Positions 28,436 to 37,400 of a stretch of DNA of 64,000 nt are shown here, in pieces. Position numbers and translations under genes: made by a program. Source of the DNA: Candidatus Poseidoniales archaeon (GTDB taxonomy: Archaea > Thermoplasmatota > Poseidoniia > Poseidoniales > Poseidoniaceae). Location of the stretch: contig QQSC01000006.1 in the NCBI GenBank assembly GCA_003602475.1, positions 32,116-96,115 of the forward strand, in the 5' to 3' direction. The notes below the pieces were generated by a model, which was not told the origin of the DNA, searched no databases, and saw only the letters and a program-made list of their open reading frames with translations. The first letter of the stretch is position 1. Each line of letters begins with the position of its first letter.

Positions 28436-28909
28436 TCAACCTTGCCGTTTCAGTCCTTGCGAAGTTGTTTCGGACGCATCCACTGATGAACCCAAATCCC
28501 CCATCATGACCACTCGGATGAGGAGAACAGCAAGGACGCTTGAACCAGCAAACGCAAACCCGATCAGAGGGGAGAGATCGTACCACATCAAGGCAACACT
28601 CGAGAGGGACAGATAGGCCACCACTTGACAGACCGCAGAAGCGAGTTCCAATCGCTTCAGTCGTTCTTCGGACAAGGACGATTTGTGTTCAAGAACGTAG
28701 GTGTAAATGAGAAAGTAGATGGCTTGAAACGGCAACGCCGCAGCGACGATGGTCAAGGCCACTTCCCTCACGGCTTTTGGGGAACGTTCTTGCTCAATGC
28801 CCTGGAACAGCATCAGGGCTGTGTTCGTACCCAACAGGGCAGCCATGATGGTCCATCTCTTGTCCTGAGAAGAAGTTCGGCTCTCGACGTTAACGGAATC
28901 TTCACTCAT
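28436..28909 (-). CDS. Hypothetical membrane protein (about 4 TM)
   Basis: It has hydrophobic segments and lies on the same strand just upstream of purB. I recognise no family. Confidence 0.45.
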   Translation of the reverse strand: MSEDSVNVESRTSSQDKRWTIMAALLGTNTALMLFQGIEQERSPKAVREVALTIVAAALPFQAIYFLIYTYVLEHKSSLSEERLKRLELASAVCQVVAYLSLSSVALMWYDLSPLIGFAFAGSSVLAVLLIRVVMMGDLGSSVDASETTSQGLKRQG

Positions 28910-28993
28910 GCAAAGCAACGGTATTCAGAGGGGTTTGAGGTTTGCCCTCATGGACCAAACCCAAGGCGGCCTTTTGGTTGTCATCGGTGGGCG

Positions 28994-29203
28994 TCAACCA
29001 AAGAAACTGATGGCGATGCCCGTGATGGTGGCAACGATCAGCAAGAGGATCATCATGGTGATTGGCCCGTATTGATTCTTGTCGTCGAGCGCTGTTCCAA
29101 AAAAACCATCCCGTTGAATGGCTTCAAGCAGGCTGTTGGCTTCCTCAAACTGAGGTGGCTCTCTACGGGGGATGCGCTCACCTTCACGAACTTCACCGCT
29201 CAT
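28994..29203 (-). CDS. Small hypothetical protein with a single C-terminal TM (tail-anchor-like)
   Basis: This 69-aa ORF from the internal ATG ends in PITMMILLLIVATITGIAISFFG. Support is ORF and topology only. Confidence 0.3.
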   Translation of the reverse strand: MSGEVREGERIPRREPPQFEEANSLLEAIQRDGFFGTALDDKNQYGPITMMILLLIVATITGIAISFFG

Positions 29204-29289
29204 GGTGCTTGGAGGATGATGGGGGTCATAGCGATTGCCCAACCATTCGCATCGCAACACTCATTCACCGATGACCATGGTTTTGGTCC

Positions 29290-29880
29290 GTGGCGCGCTA
29301 CGAAATGGAACGGTCCGGCCTCAACATCCACTTGGCCGTGGAGGGAAGTTGTGGTGGGACCTCCTTTGGACTGCATCTTGCAGCAAACACCATTTTGGAC
29401 GGCAACCGCGTCCTTTGGGCTTCAAGTGACATGCCCGATGCAAAGCGTTTCAAACAGCTGTTTTCTCATCTATCCCCGGTTGAATCCTCACGATTTCATG
29501 CCATGAATTTCGGTGGACGTTTCGACAGAGCCATCGACGCTATTCTTGAGGCAGCAAATGCTTTGCCCAGCGTTTCGCTGATCGTGCTTGATGACTGGTG
29601 TTCCACATCTGGCCGAATTCCTGCAAAAAATATCGAGCAAGTCAAAAGAATGGCCGAAAACGCACCATCGGAGACCACCTTGTTGCTCGTTTCGAAAGGA
29701 TCCATCGACGCCAGCGGAAAAAGTGGAGAACCGCTGGTGGCCAGAGGAAAAGATGCCATGGAGAGTGCAGGATACGAAACGTGGCGCTTACTGAGGCCCA
29801 ACGACGGAGCACAACGAACACTGTCCATCCCGAACGGTGAACATCGTTTGATCATTGAGGACTCAGGATTCGTCTTCTGA
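29290..29880 (+). CDS. KaiC/RecA-superfamily protein with degenerate Walker A
   Basis: The Walker A position reads VEGSCGGTSFG, lacking the Lys. A Walker B-like SLIVLDDW is present. The C-terminus RTLSIPNGEHRLIIEDSGFVF resembles the KaiC-like ending R.l.i.K.Rg..h...f.I...G. Confidence 0.5.
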   Translation: MARYEMERSGLNIHLAVEGSCGGTSFGLHLAANTILDGNRVLWASSDMPDAKRFKQLFSHLSPVESSRFHAMNFGGRFDRAIDAILEAANALPSVSLIVLDDWCSTSGRIPAKNIEQVKRMAENAPSETTLLLVSKGSIDASGKSGEPLVARGKDAMESAGYETWRLLRPNDGAQRTLSIPNGEHRLIIEDSGFVF

Positions 29881-30114
29881 ATCTTCACCAAGAAGTTTTG
29901 CCATTTCCTCGAGGGCGTCATCATCGGGTTCATCGAATTGTTGTGGATTGCGAGCTCCGCCCTCCAACGTGTCTTCGCCCGCAACTTTCGGCGCCGATTT
30001 TTCCAACATCTCGGTTCTGTTCATCATGGCACGCTTTGAGACAAACCAAACCATCACACCGAAGGAGGCGACGCCAACAATATAGGTGATGTTCTTGGTT
30101 GTTTCCGGGTCCAT
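29863..30114 (-). CDS. Small hypothetical protein, N-terminal TM and acidic tail
   Basis: The TM is ITYIVGVASFGVMVWFV and the acidic tail ends DEPDDDALEEMAKLLGEDSEDES. Its 3' end overlaps the convergent KaiC-like gene by 18 nt. Confidence 0.35.
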   Translation of the reverse strand: MDPETTKNITYIVGVASFGVMVWFVSKRAMMNRTEMLEKSAPKVAGEDTLEGGARNPQQFDEPDDDALEEMAKLLGEDSEDES

Positions 30115-30161
30115 ATCCCGTGATGACCCTGGGTGTTATCATACCTTGCGTTGATGAATGG

Positions 30162-31358
30162 TTATTGAGTCATGTTGCTCCACTCCAGAGGTTTGGCGAG
30201 ATGTCGGCGAGCGTTTGCAGGAGGTTCGACCCAACCGGTGAACGGTGGAACTGAAGCAACATCCACCCAACCTTTCGGAGAACGGTGTTTGCATGCAGGA
30301 CAGCGCAGCCCTTGTTGTTGGCCCATGCTTTTCATTCTCCGCCCGCATTGTGGGCATGGCGGACGAGATTTCCCCCTGGGTCGAGCGGATTGCAATCGGA
30401 GTTGTTCAATATGAAGCGTGCCCGTTCTGTCGGTGAGCCCTCTGGATTCAATCGCATCGCCGGCCTTCAACCACCGCGCAAGTCGGTTCACGTCGCCAGA
30501 TTCAGCGTAAGCCACCATTGGGCCTGCATCGGTCATGAGGCGTGCATGCTTTCGTTTGGGATGGACCTCCACCGACATCACTTGAGCAACAACAGAACCG
30601 TCAAGATGGTCACCGGAGGCTTGATTGGTTTCAAAACACCGCCAATCTTCCAAAGGCTCGGTATCGAGTCCTTCTGCGATGACTGTGGCTGCATGGCCAG
30701 CAACCTCAGACGTTGTGGCCCGAACACCAAACAACACGGGCGAAGGCCCCCTGGGTGCAACAAGGGACGACCCGTTACGAGGGTCTCGAGAGAGGAATGT
30801 ACCTTTCATTTGATCGACACAATTGAGTGCACTTGCGTCGACCATACGAGGACCGGTAGCGCCGTTGCTTCGCCATGCAATGGCCTCATACGTTGCGTTT
30901 TTTGAAGGCCAAGCGACTGCCGCAGTAGCACCAATACGCCCCTCTCCACCCCATGCTCTGGTCGCCGTTGGCACGCTGCCCAAGTCAACAAGGGAGCGAA
31001 CAGCATCGAGATAGAACGAAGGAGATGGTGGCGAATCAAACCACACCATCCCCGGGTCGGCAGGGTGCTGATGACGGTCTGAATGATGCGAGGAGGACAG
31101 CGCTCCTTTGAGTGGTTGAAGATGCTCCTCCCATTCACGGTTGAGGTGAGTGAGCAGGGCAGGTACATCGTCGCAGTGCAGTTCCATGGCCACCGCTGCA
31201 TTTCCACGTGTGCGACCGGGGGCAAATGGCCACAACCGCACCAGCCGAAGCCCTTGCACGCGAACATATGGTGGAAGTCGTTGGATGAGGTCGTGGGCAG
31301 ATTTTGTGGTGCAGCCACCTCCCAAGTGGTCGGTGTCATCAATGCCAAGCCATCCCAT
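30162..31358 (-). CDS. tiaS: tRNA(Ile2) 2-agmatinylcytidine synthetase TiaS
   Basis: It begins MGWLGIDDTDHLGGGCTT and has the C-terminal zinc ribbon CPQCGRRMKS...CPACKHR. It is about 400 aa. Confidence 0.82.
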   Translation of the reverse strand: MGWLGIDDTDHLGGGCTTKSAHDLIQRLPPYVRVQGLRLVRLWPFAPGRTRGNAAVAMELHCDDVPALLTHLNREWEEHLQPLKGALSSSHHSDRHQHPADPGMVWFDSPPSPSFYLDAVRSLVDLGSVPTATRAWGGEGRIGATAAVAWPSKNATYEAIAWRSNGATGPRMVDASALNCVDQMKGTFLSRDPRNGSSLVAPRGPSPVLFGVRATTSEVAGHAATVIAEGLDTEPLEDWRCFETNQASGDHLDGSVVAQVMSVEVHPKRKHARLMTDAGPMVAYAESGDVNRLARWLKAGDAIESRGLTDRTGTLHIEQLRLQSARPRGKSRPPCPQCGRRMKSMGQQQGLRCPACKHRSPKGWVDVASVPPFTGWVEPPANARRHLAKPLEWSNMTQ

Positions 31359-31366
31359 GAGCTCAC

Positions 31367-32062
31367 CTAAGGTTGGAATTCATCACCCATGTTGGAACGC
31401 TCCACAACACGGTCAACAACGCTGGCCAAGCCAACGTGGGCATTCACACGAAACAATCGGGCGCCATATGCCCATCCAGCACCCATGTCGGAACGACGGT
31501 CACCGACCATGGTATCCAACACGTGCGGAGCGTGAGGTTTGCTTGACCACCAATTCACTTCTGCATGAGGTGTTTGATGAAGCCCCATGGAAATGGGTTC
31601 AGACGGGCCCTGCTCTCGAAGCAAACGATGGCCCAGTGCCAACATACCGGGGTGAGGTTTGCGGCAAGAGCACATGTCTCTTCTGCGATGCGGACACGTG
31701 ATCACCATGTCCAACACAGCCCCAGGATGTTCCTTGAGGAGGGCACTTTGAAGGTGCTCATGAATGGACTGCAACCTGTCCAAACCCCACAACCCCCGCA
31801 TGACTGGTGATTGGTTGGTGACCACGCAAATGGCAAATCCTGCTTCGATGAGTCTGGCCACCGATTGTGCTGCTCCGGGCAGCAACTCGAGTTCATCTGA
31901 TGAATTGACGTAGCCCTCTCGACCGTGGTTGAGGACGCCATCTCGGTCCAAAAATGCAATTGGTTGTTCGGTTGGCACTGAGCCGAGGGCACCATGGAAA
32001 GGATGAACATGAGCCCCCCGCATGCCACGTTCTCTGTGGAGGCGACCCTTGGAGTTGTCCAT
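31367..32062 (-). CDS. HAD-superfamily phosphatase, GmhB/HisB-N (D,D-heptose-1,7-bisphosphate phosphatase-like) family
   Basis: Motifs are FLDRDGVLN, VVTNQS and CPH....C.CRKPHPGML. The start is uncertain: ATG 32062 or ATG 32023. Confidence 0.75.
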   Translation of the reverse strand: MDNSKGRLHRERGMRGAHVHPFHGALGSVPTEQPIAFLDRDGVLNHGREGYVNSSDELELLPGAAQSVARLIEAGFAICVVTNQSPVMRGLWGLDRLQSIHEHLQSALLKEHPGAVLDMVITCPHRRRDMCSCRKPHPGMLALGHRLLREQGPSEPISMGLHQTPHAEVNWWSSKPHAPHVLDTMVGDRRSDMGAGWAYGARLFRVNAHVGLASVVDRVVERSNMGDEFQP

Positions 32063-32064
32063 TC

Positions 32065-33006
32065 ATGCAGACCTTGATATCCAACCGGGTGAGAGAGGGA
32101 ACCATGCTGCTTGACCCAGACACCGTCACCGCGTTCGGAGCGGCCGGCATGGTGCTGTTGGCGGGCTCGTGGCTGGGTAGAAAGCACCCTGTGACCGCTG
32201 CTGCTCAAGTCGGGTGGGTCCTGGTCGGATTCTACTTCTTCAACCAAGCATGGATTTACAACGACCATGACGACATCATACTCACTGTTCTATGCGCCGC
32301 AACCCTTCCGCTATCGGTGGGCATGGCGTGGTGGGAGGCCAACGCCGATGAACATCAACGCTCAGCCGTAACTTGGGCTCGAGGAACCGTGGCATTTGCT
32401 GGTGGACCGTATCTCCTCATTTCGTATGTCCCTTACTTCAGCGTGATGGCCATTTGGCTCGTAGCGTCGCAATCTGCATGGTTCCTTGGCTTCACCACCG
32501 GTACCGACATTCAGCTGGGCACCACGTGGGTGAACGATGCAAGCGGCCGAGTCTCGTGGGATGAATGGGATGGCAATCGATGGTTTGCCACCGATTTCTC
32601 CGGAGAATACGCCTTTCAAACCGAACTGATCATGGCCGATGGAGGTCTGATTGGCATCAATTTTGTCTTGGCCTGTACTGCACTGCAATCAATGGTTCTG
32701 TTCATCGGAGCCATAGCGACGTTGGAGTTGAGTTGGAAACGAAGAGTTCGTACCTTGCTTCTTGTGATTCCAATCATCCACACTCTCAACCTGTTCCGAA
32801 ACGCAGGATTGATTTGGATGCATCTCACCTACACGCAGTGGGACCTTTGGGGCATGAGCGTGTTTGAATTCGGGCACACCTATGTTGCACGAGTTGTCAG
32901 TTTGTTCGCTATGTTCCTCATCGCTCTGATCATGTTTGACCTCCTACCGAAAATGCATCAACACATTCTCACCTTGTCAAGCCCTGTCACAAAAGGTCGG
33001 CGTTAG
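32065..33006 (+). CDS. Exosortase/archaeosortase-family membrane protein (candidate archaeosortase)
   Basis: It is polytopic. The candidate catalytic triad contexts are INFVLACTALQSMVLF (Cys), LNLFRNAGLIW (Arg) and FEFGHTYV (His), in the family order. ATG 32104 is an alternative start. Confidence 0.6.
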   Translation: MQTLISNRVREGTMLLDPDTVTAFGAAGMVLLAGSWLGRKHPVTAAAQVGWVLVGFYFFNQAWIYNDHDDIILTVLCAATLPLSVGMAWWEANADEHQRSAVTWARGTVAFAGGPYLLISYVPYFSVMAIWLVASQSAWFLGFTTGTDIQLGTTWVNDASGRVSWDEWDGNRWFATDFSGEYAFQTELIMADGGLIGINFVLACTALQSMVLFIGAIATLELSWKRRVRTLLLVIPIIHTLNLFRNAGLIWMHLTYTQWDLWGMSVFEFGHTYVARVVSLFAMFLIALIMFDLLPKMHQHILTLSSPVTKGRR

Positions 33007-33007
33007 G

Positions 33008-33079
33008 TGCACATACCGAGACTCGAACTCGGGTAGAGAGGTTGGGAACCTCCCATCATAACCGCTAGATCATATGTGC
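33008..33079 (-). tRNA. tRNA-Gly (anticodon CCC)
   Basis: It folds by hand into a cloverleaf. The acceptor is GCACAUA/UAUGUGC, the anticodon stem GGAGG/CCUCU, the loop UUCCCAA, and the T-arm CCGAG-UUCGAGU-CUCGG. It is 72 nt with no encoded CCA. Confidence 0.88.
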
Positions 33080-33127
33080 AACTGCGCCGCCCTGTGAAAT
33101 CGCCTTGAAGACTTCTCCGGTTGGAAA

Positions 33128-34246
33128 ATGTCATGCACTCCACCGTTATGGAGCATCATGCACCCAGCCCTTTTACCGCTCATCTTCAAACGTGGTCAAA
33201 AGGAAGTTCGCAATCGATGCGTCCTTGCAGCCCTTACCAACAAGCAAAGTCCGGACAACGGCATGCTATCTGAGGAAGAACATCGTTGGTTGGAGAAACG
33301 CGCCATAGGAGGCTTTGGCATTGTGACCACCGCAGCAGCAAATGTCACGAAAGACGGGCAAGGCTGGACGGGTGAAATGGGAGTCTGGTCGGATGAACAC
33401 ATCCCTCGACTCTCGAAGTTGGCCGATGACCTTCACCAGCACGGGGCCTTGAGTTTGGTGCAACTCTTCCATGGCGGCATGCGTGCACCACAATCAATCA
33501 CGGGTGTCCAACCCATGACGGCATCGGAAACACCGTTGAACGCTGAGGATGAGGATACAGCCCGTGCCATGACCTCATCCGAAATTGAACAAACCATAGA
33601 AGCGTTTGCTGATGCAGCAAGACGATGCGAACAAGCGGGGCACGATGGCGTGGAATTGCACGGAGCTCATGGGTACCTCATCGCTCAGTTCATGACGGCA
33701 CGGGCCAACCGGCGCACCGATCAATGGGGCCTCGCGGACGACCGAATCGCTTTTCTTCGTGCCATCACCCAGCGGGTTCGGGAATCAACCGGCCCTAACT
33801 TTTTGGTCGGTGTTCGACTTTCACCTAAATTACCACAACTTGACTTTACCTTGGCGGATGCCCTTGAAGTGCTTGACGCATCCTTGGATTTGGAACTTGA
33901 TTTCATTCACCTGAGTTGTTGGAACATCACCGAGGAAGGCGAACACAACGGACGCCAACGGCCCTACACCGAATGGTACGCAGAGCGTATGGACGGTTTG
34001 ATGCCCCTGATCACCACGGGAACCGTTTGGACAAGAGACGATGCTGCAAGAGCATTGGAACAGGGAGCTGACCTCGTGGGCGTTGGCCGTGTCGGCATTG
34101 GCCACCCCAATTGGCCGAAATTGTTGGCTGACACCCGTGTTGAAATTCAGAAGCCACCTTTTTCCGAGAAGCATCTTTCTCAAGCAGGATTGTCCCCGGT
34201 GTTCATCGAATACATGAAGCGATGGACGGACTTTGTTGCCCAGTGA
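33128..34246 (+). CDS. NADH:flavin oxidoreductase (Old Yellow Enzyme family)
   Basis: Motifs are LVQLFHGGMRA, GVELHGAHGYLIAQF and ADLVGVGR. ATG 33158 is an alternative start. Confidence 0.82.
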   Translation: MSCTPPLWSIMHPALLPLIFKRGQKEVRNRCVLAALTNKQSPDNGMLSEEEHRWLEKRAIGGFGIVTTAAANVTKDGQGWTGEMGVWSDEHIPRLSKLADDLHQHGALSLVQLFHGGMRAPQSITGVQPMTASETPLNAEDEDTARAMTSSEIEQTIEAFADAARRCEQAGHDGVELHGAHGYLIAQFMTARANRRTDQWGLADDRIAFLRAITQRVRESTGPNFLVGVRLSPKLPQLDFTLADALEVLDASLDLELDFIHLSCWNITEEGEHNGRQRPYTEWYAERMDGLMPLITTGTVWTRDDAARALEQGADLVGVGRVGIGHPNWPKLLADTRVEIQKPPFSEKHLSQAGLSPVFIEYMKRWTDFVAQ

Positions 34247-34301
34247 TGGGCTATTTCAACCATCGGTGAGTGTTTACCCGTCAAGAAGGTTGCACGTCAA
34301 G

Positions 34302-34373
34302 CGCCCTTGCCGAGATTCGAACTCGGGTTCCTGGCTCCGGAGGCCAGGGTGATATCCACTACACTACAAGGGC
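34302..34373 (-). tRNA. tRNA-Arg (anticodon CCG)
   Basis: The cloverleaf has acceptor GCCCUUG/CAAGGGC, anticodon stem CUGGC/GCCAG, loop CUCCGGA, and T-arm CCGAG-UUCGAAU-CUCGG. It is 72 nt with no encoded CCA. Confidence 0.88.
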
Positions 34374-34410
34374 ACGCTGTCCCATGAGGTGTCCCCCATC
34401 AACGTGTCCC

Positions 34411-37400
34411 TCAGAACCCTTCTTTACGATTCCAAGGAGCGTCCATGTCCGTACGAATCCACAGTTGTCCACTTTCAGGAGGGAATTCCACGGTTTCAAC
34501 CCCGTCCAACATCATCCCCATCAGCGTAGGATCTGGTGCGGGTCCACCGGTTATGGAACCAACGACTGCAGGAGATGTAGCCGTCAATTCAGAAATCAAA
34601 TCGTCGTTCATGTTCAACGCATTTGCATCCACGGAGGGGCTATCGTAGGGTGAGGCGGTGGGTGTGGTGTAGGGCGATGCTGTTGGCATGGATTCAACCA
34701 ACGGGGTAGAGGAGCCTTCAACCAAGGGAAGGTCGGTCATCGAAGGTGCATTGATGGCTTGCTCCAAACGCAGTTCATCGTCCCATGATTTACCGGTGGC
34801 CATGGGGTCAGAATCGTTGTTTGAACGCACGAACATGCCAAGCAGGGCAATCACCAGGATGGCAAACACCACGCCAAAGGAGGTGTAAATGACGTCATTT
34901 GAGACACTCGCAGCAAAATCAGCATTGTCTCCAACGCCGTCTCCATCGGTGTCCCGGGACTCATCAGGGTCGTCGGGGAAGGCGTCTTCCTCATCAGGCA
35001 CGCCGTCACCGTCGCCATCAAATGCGTCATACGTGGTTTCACAAACGGCGATCAGCAACTCAAGTTCATCAGAGGAAAGGCGTGTGTTGTCATCGATGTT
35101 CACGAGGTCAAACGAGTAACTGTTGAGCCAATCGTGCGCTTCAAAGACATCCAGCGCCACGGAACCTTGACCAATCGCAAGGGCATCGAAGGATGTGCGA
35201 AGTTCATTCTCACAAGCGCAATTGACCTGAAGATATTCACGATACTCGACCACACCGTCCTCGTTGGCATCGTACATCATCAAGATTCGCGGGCCAACCG
35301 AAGTGATGGGGTCGTCGGGTCCCATGCCGAGTTCGTTGGTTTCCAACAACCCTGACTCGTCCAAATCTTGGGCTGCAAACTCACGTTCTGCCTGTTCGAT
35401 GCATGAATCTGTTGATGTGGGTTGCTCAGGTAGAACCGGATCAACCGGCTCTATTGGGAAATCGCTTCGGTCCCAAGTGGCGACGATGGAATATTCCTCA
35501 CTGTCTGAGATGCCCGTGACATGAATGTCAAACCGGCCGTTGAGAGGCAATTCTATTGTGACCACGTGATTTGTTCCTGTGCGGCCACTTGTGATGGAAA
35601 CGTCTTGCGGGTCCACTTCCATGTTGGGTCGCCCTTGCCGCCCAGAAGTCTCTTCGCCATCGGTGAACAAATCTCCGGGGAAAAAGCCGTCAAAGAAATC
35701 CAATTCGTATTGTTGTCCTTCCACCTGAACTTGAAGGTCACCCGAACCGCCGGAGGTGGTGATTTGAAGGATGTTACCCGGCTCCTCAAGATTCACAAAG
35801 AACGAAACGGTCTCGCCTTCTGGTGTGGAAATTCCATCAAGTCGTTCATCGTTGTAGAGTTCGATTGGGGTTCCATCGTAATCCCAAACGTACCGGTCTG
35901 CAAATTCAGCCACGATGTTCACACCAGTGAACGCCGATTCTGTGGTGAGCAAGATGTACCACCAACCGGGTGTCGGGTCGTTGAACGCAATCCGGTCTTC
36001 CGCCCCTTCCATGGTTGAGTGGTGATCGAAAGTTGAGGGTGTTGGTGCCTGCTCCTGTCGCATGTAAAGGGCGGCTTCGCCGTCACCATCGTTCAGGTCG
36101 ACCACCAAGCGCTCGGTTCCCGTCGAGACGTTGACCTTGAAATACTGAGAGAGACCGTCGTAACCGCTCAAAAGTCCATATTCTACACCCGGTGTGAGCA
36201 CGATGGCATCGGACGGTTCCACGTTCTCGGGTTGATAGACAAAGTCTGCTACAATGGTAAATTGACGAGCATTTCTCCATGAATAGGCCGTGATGTAGTA
36301 AATACCGGGTTCGACATTGAACAAATGGACCTCCTCATCGTTGCCTTGACCGGTTGACCAGTCCTCTTCCACCGTTGATTGACCCATGTTCTCACCAGAG
36401 GAGTCATCAGCGGGTTCTGGAAGACCGATACTGAACCCGTTTTCAGGGTCGGGAGGACTGTATGAGGAAATCGCAAGATCCACGTCACCTCGCCCACCGT
36501 AGGTCTGGATGCGCAAATCCGCCAAGGGTGCAGTGACATTGACGTAGTAATAATTGGCAGCAACTTCTCCATTCCATCCGCCTTGCCCTTGGAGTTCTTG
36601 GTTGGTGATGGCGATGCTCTCCTGAAGTTCAGTCATTTCATCCAGCGTTGGTGGTGGGTCAGCAACCTGAGATTGAAGGAAGATGTTGAAATCGAACATG
36701 TCCGATTGTGGAACAAGAACAAACCACATGGTGCCCTCCTCTGGCCATGACCAATCGGCATACGAATATCCCCACTGTGTGTTGATGACTTCATCGTGAT
36801 CCCATTCGCTTGGGATTCTGTCAAAGGCCACATAGACCTCATAGGATGAACCAAATTGATCTTCATCCCCGAACGTAAAGGCGTTCCACTGGACAGAACG
36901 GGTGTATGCCTCTATTTCAGTGAAAAACAGGTAGGTGCTGCCCTCAAGCAACTCTTCTGCAAGATAATCCTCGTTCTGAAACAACTCAACGGCTTGAGCG
37001 ACGATGCTGCCGTCTGGCATCACCCAATCCGCTCCGATGATGGTGCCTTGACGTCCAGTGTTGTCAGTGGTGAGGTTTCCTTCCCCTTCAGAAAACATCC
37101 ATTGGCTTTGCAAGCCGTTAACGGAGACGTTGTCAATAAGCCCTCCGAAATGGTTGCAATCACAGCCTGCTCCCATTCTCCCTATGTAGAATTCATCGCA
37201 ATCATCGCCCTCGGTGAAGCAATCGTTTGAACCAAAATCACCGTTGGGAATCATGGCTTCTTCGGCTGAAATGTTGCCGGCATCGTGACCGTTGATGCTG
37301 AAGCCTCCTCCAACACCATCCTCTATCGTCACCATCACGTGATTCCATTCCCCAACGGTGACCGTCAAGTTGGACACTGGATGTCGTGACAGACTGTACT

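Noticed and set aside
34270-34653. A 127-aa + strand ORF.
   Set aside because: It overlaps the tRNA-Arg gene and the 3' end of the giant surface-protein gene, and its translation is not protein-like.
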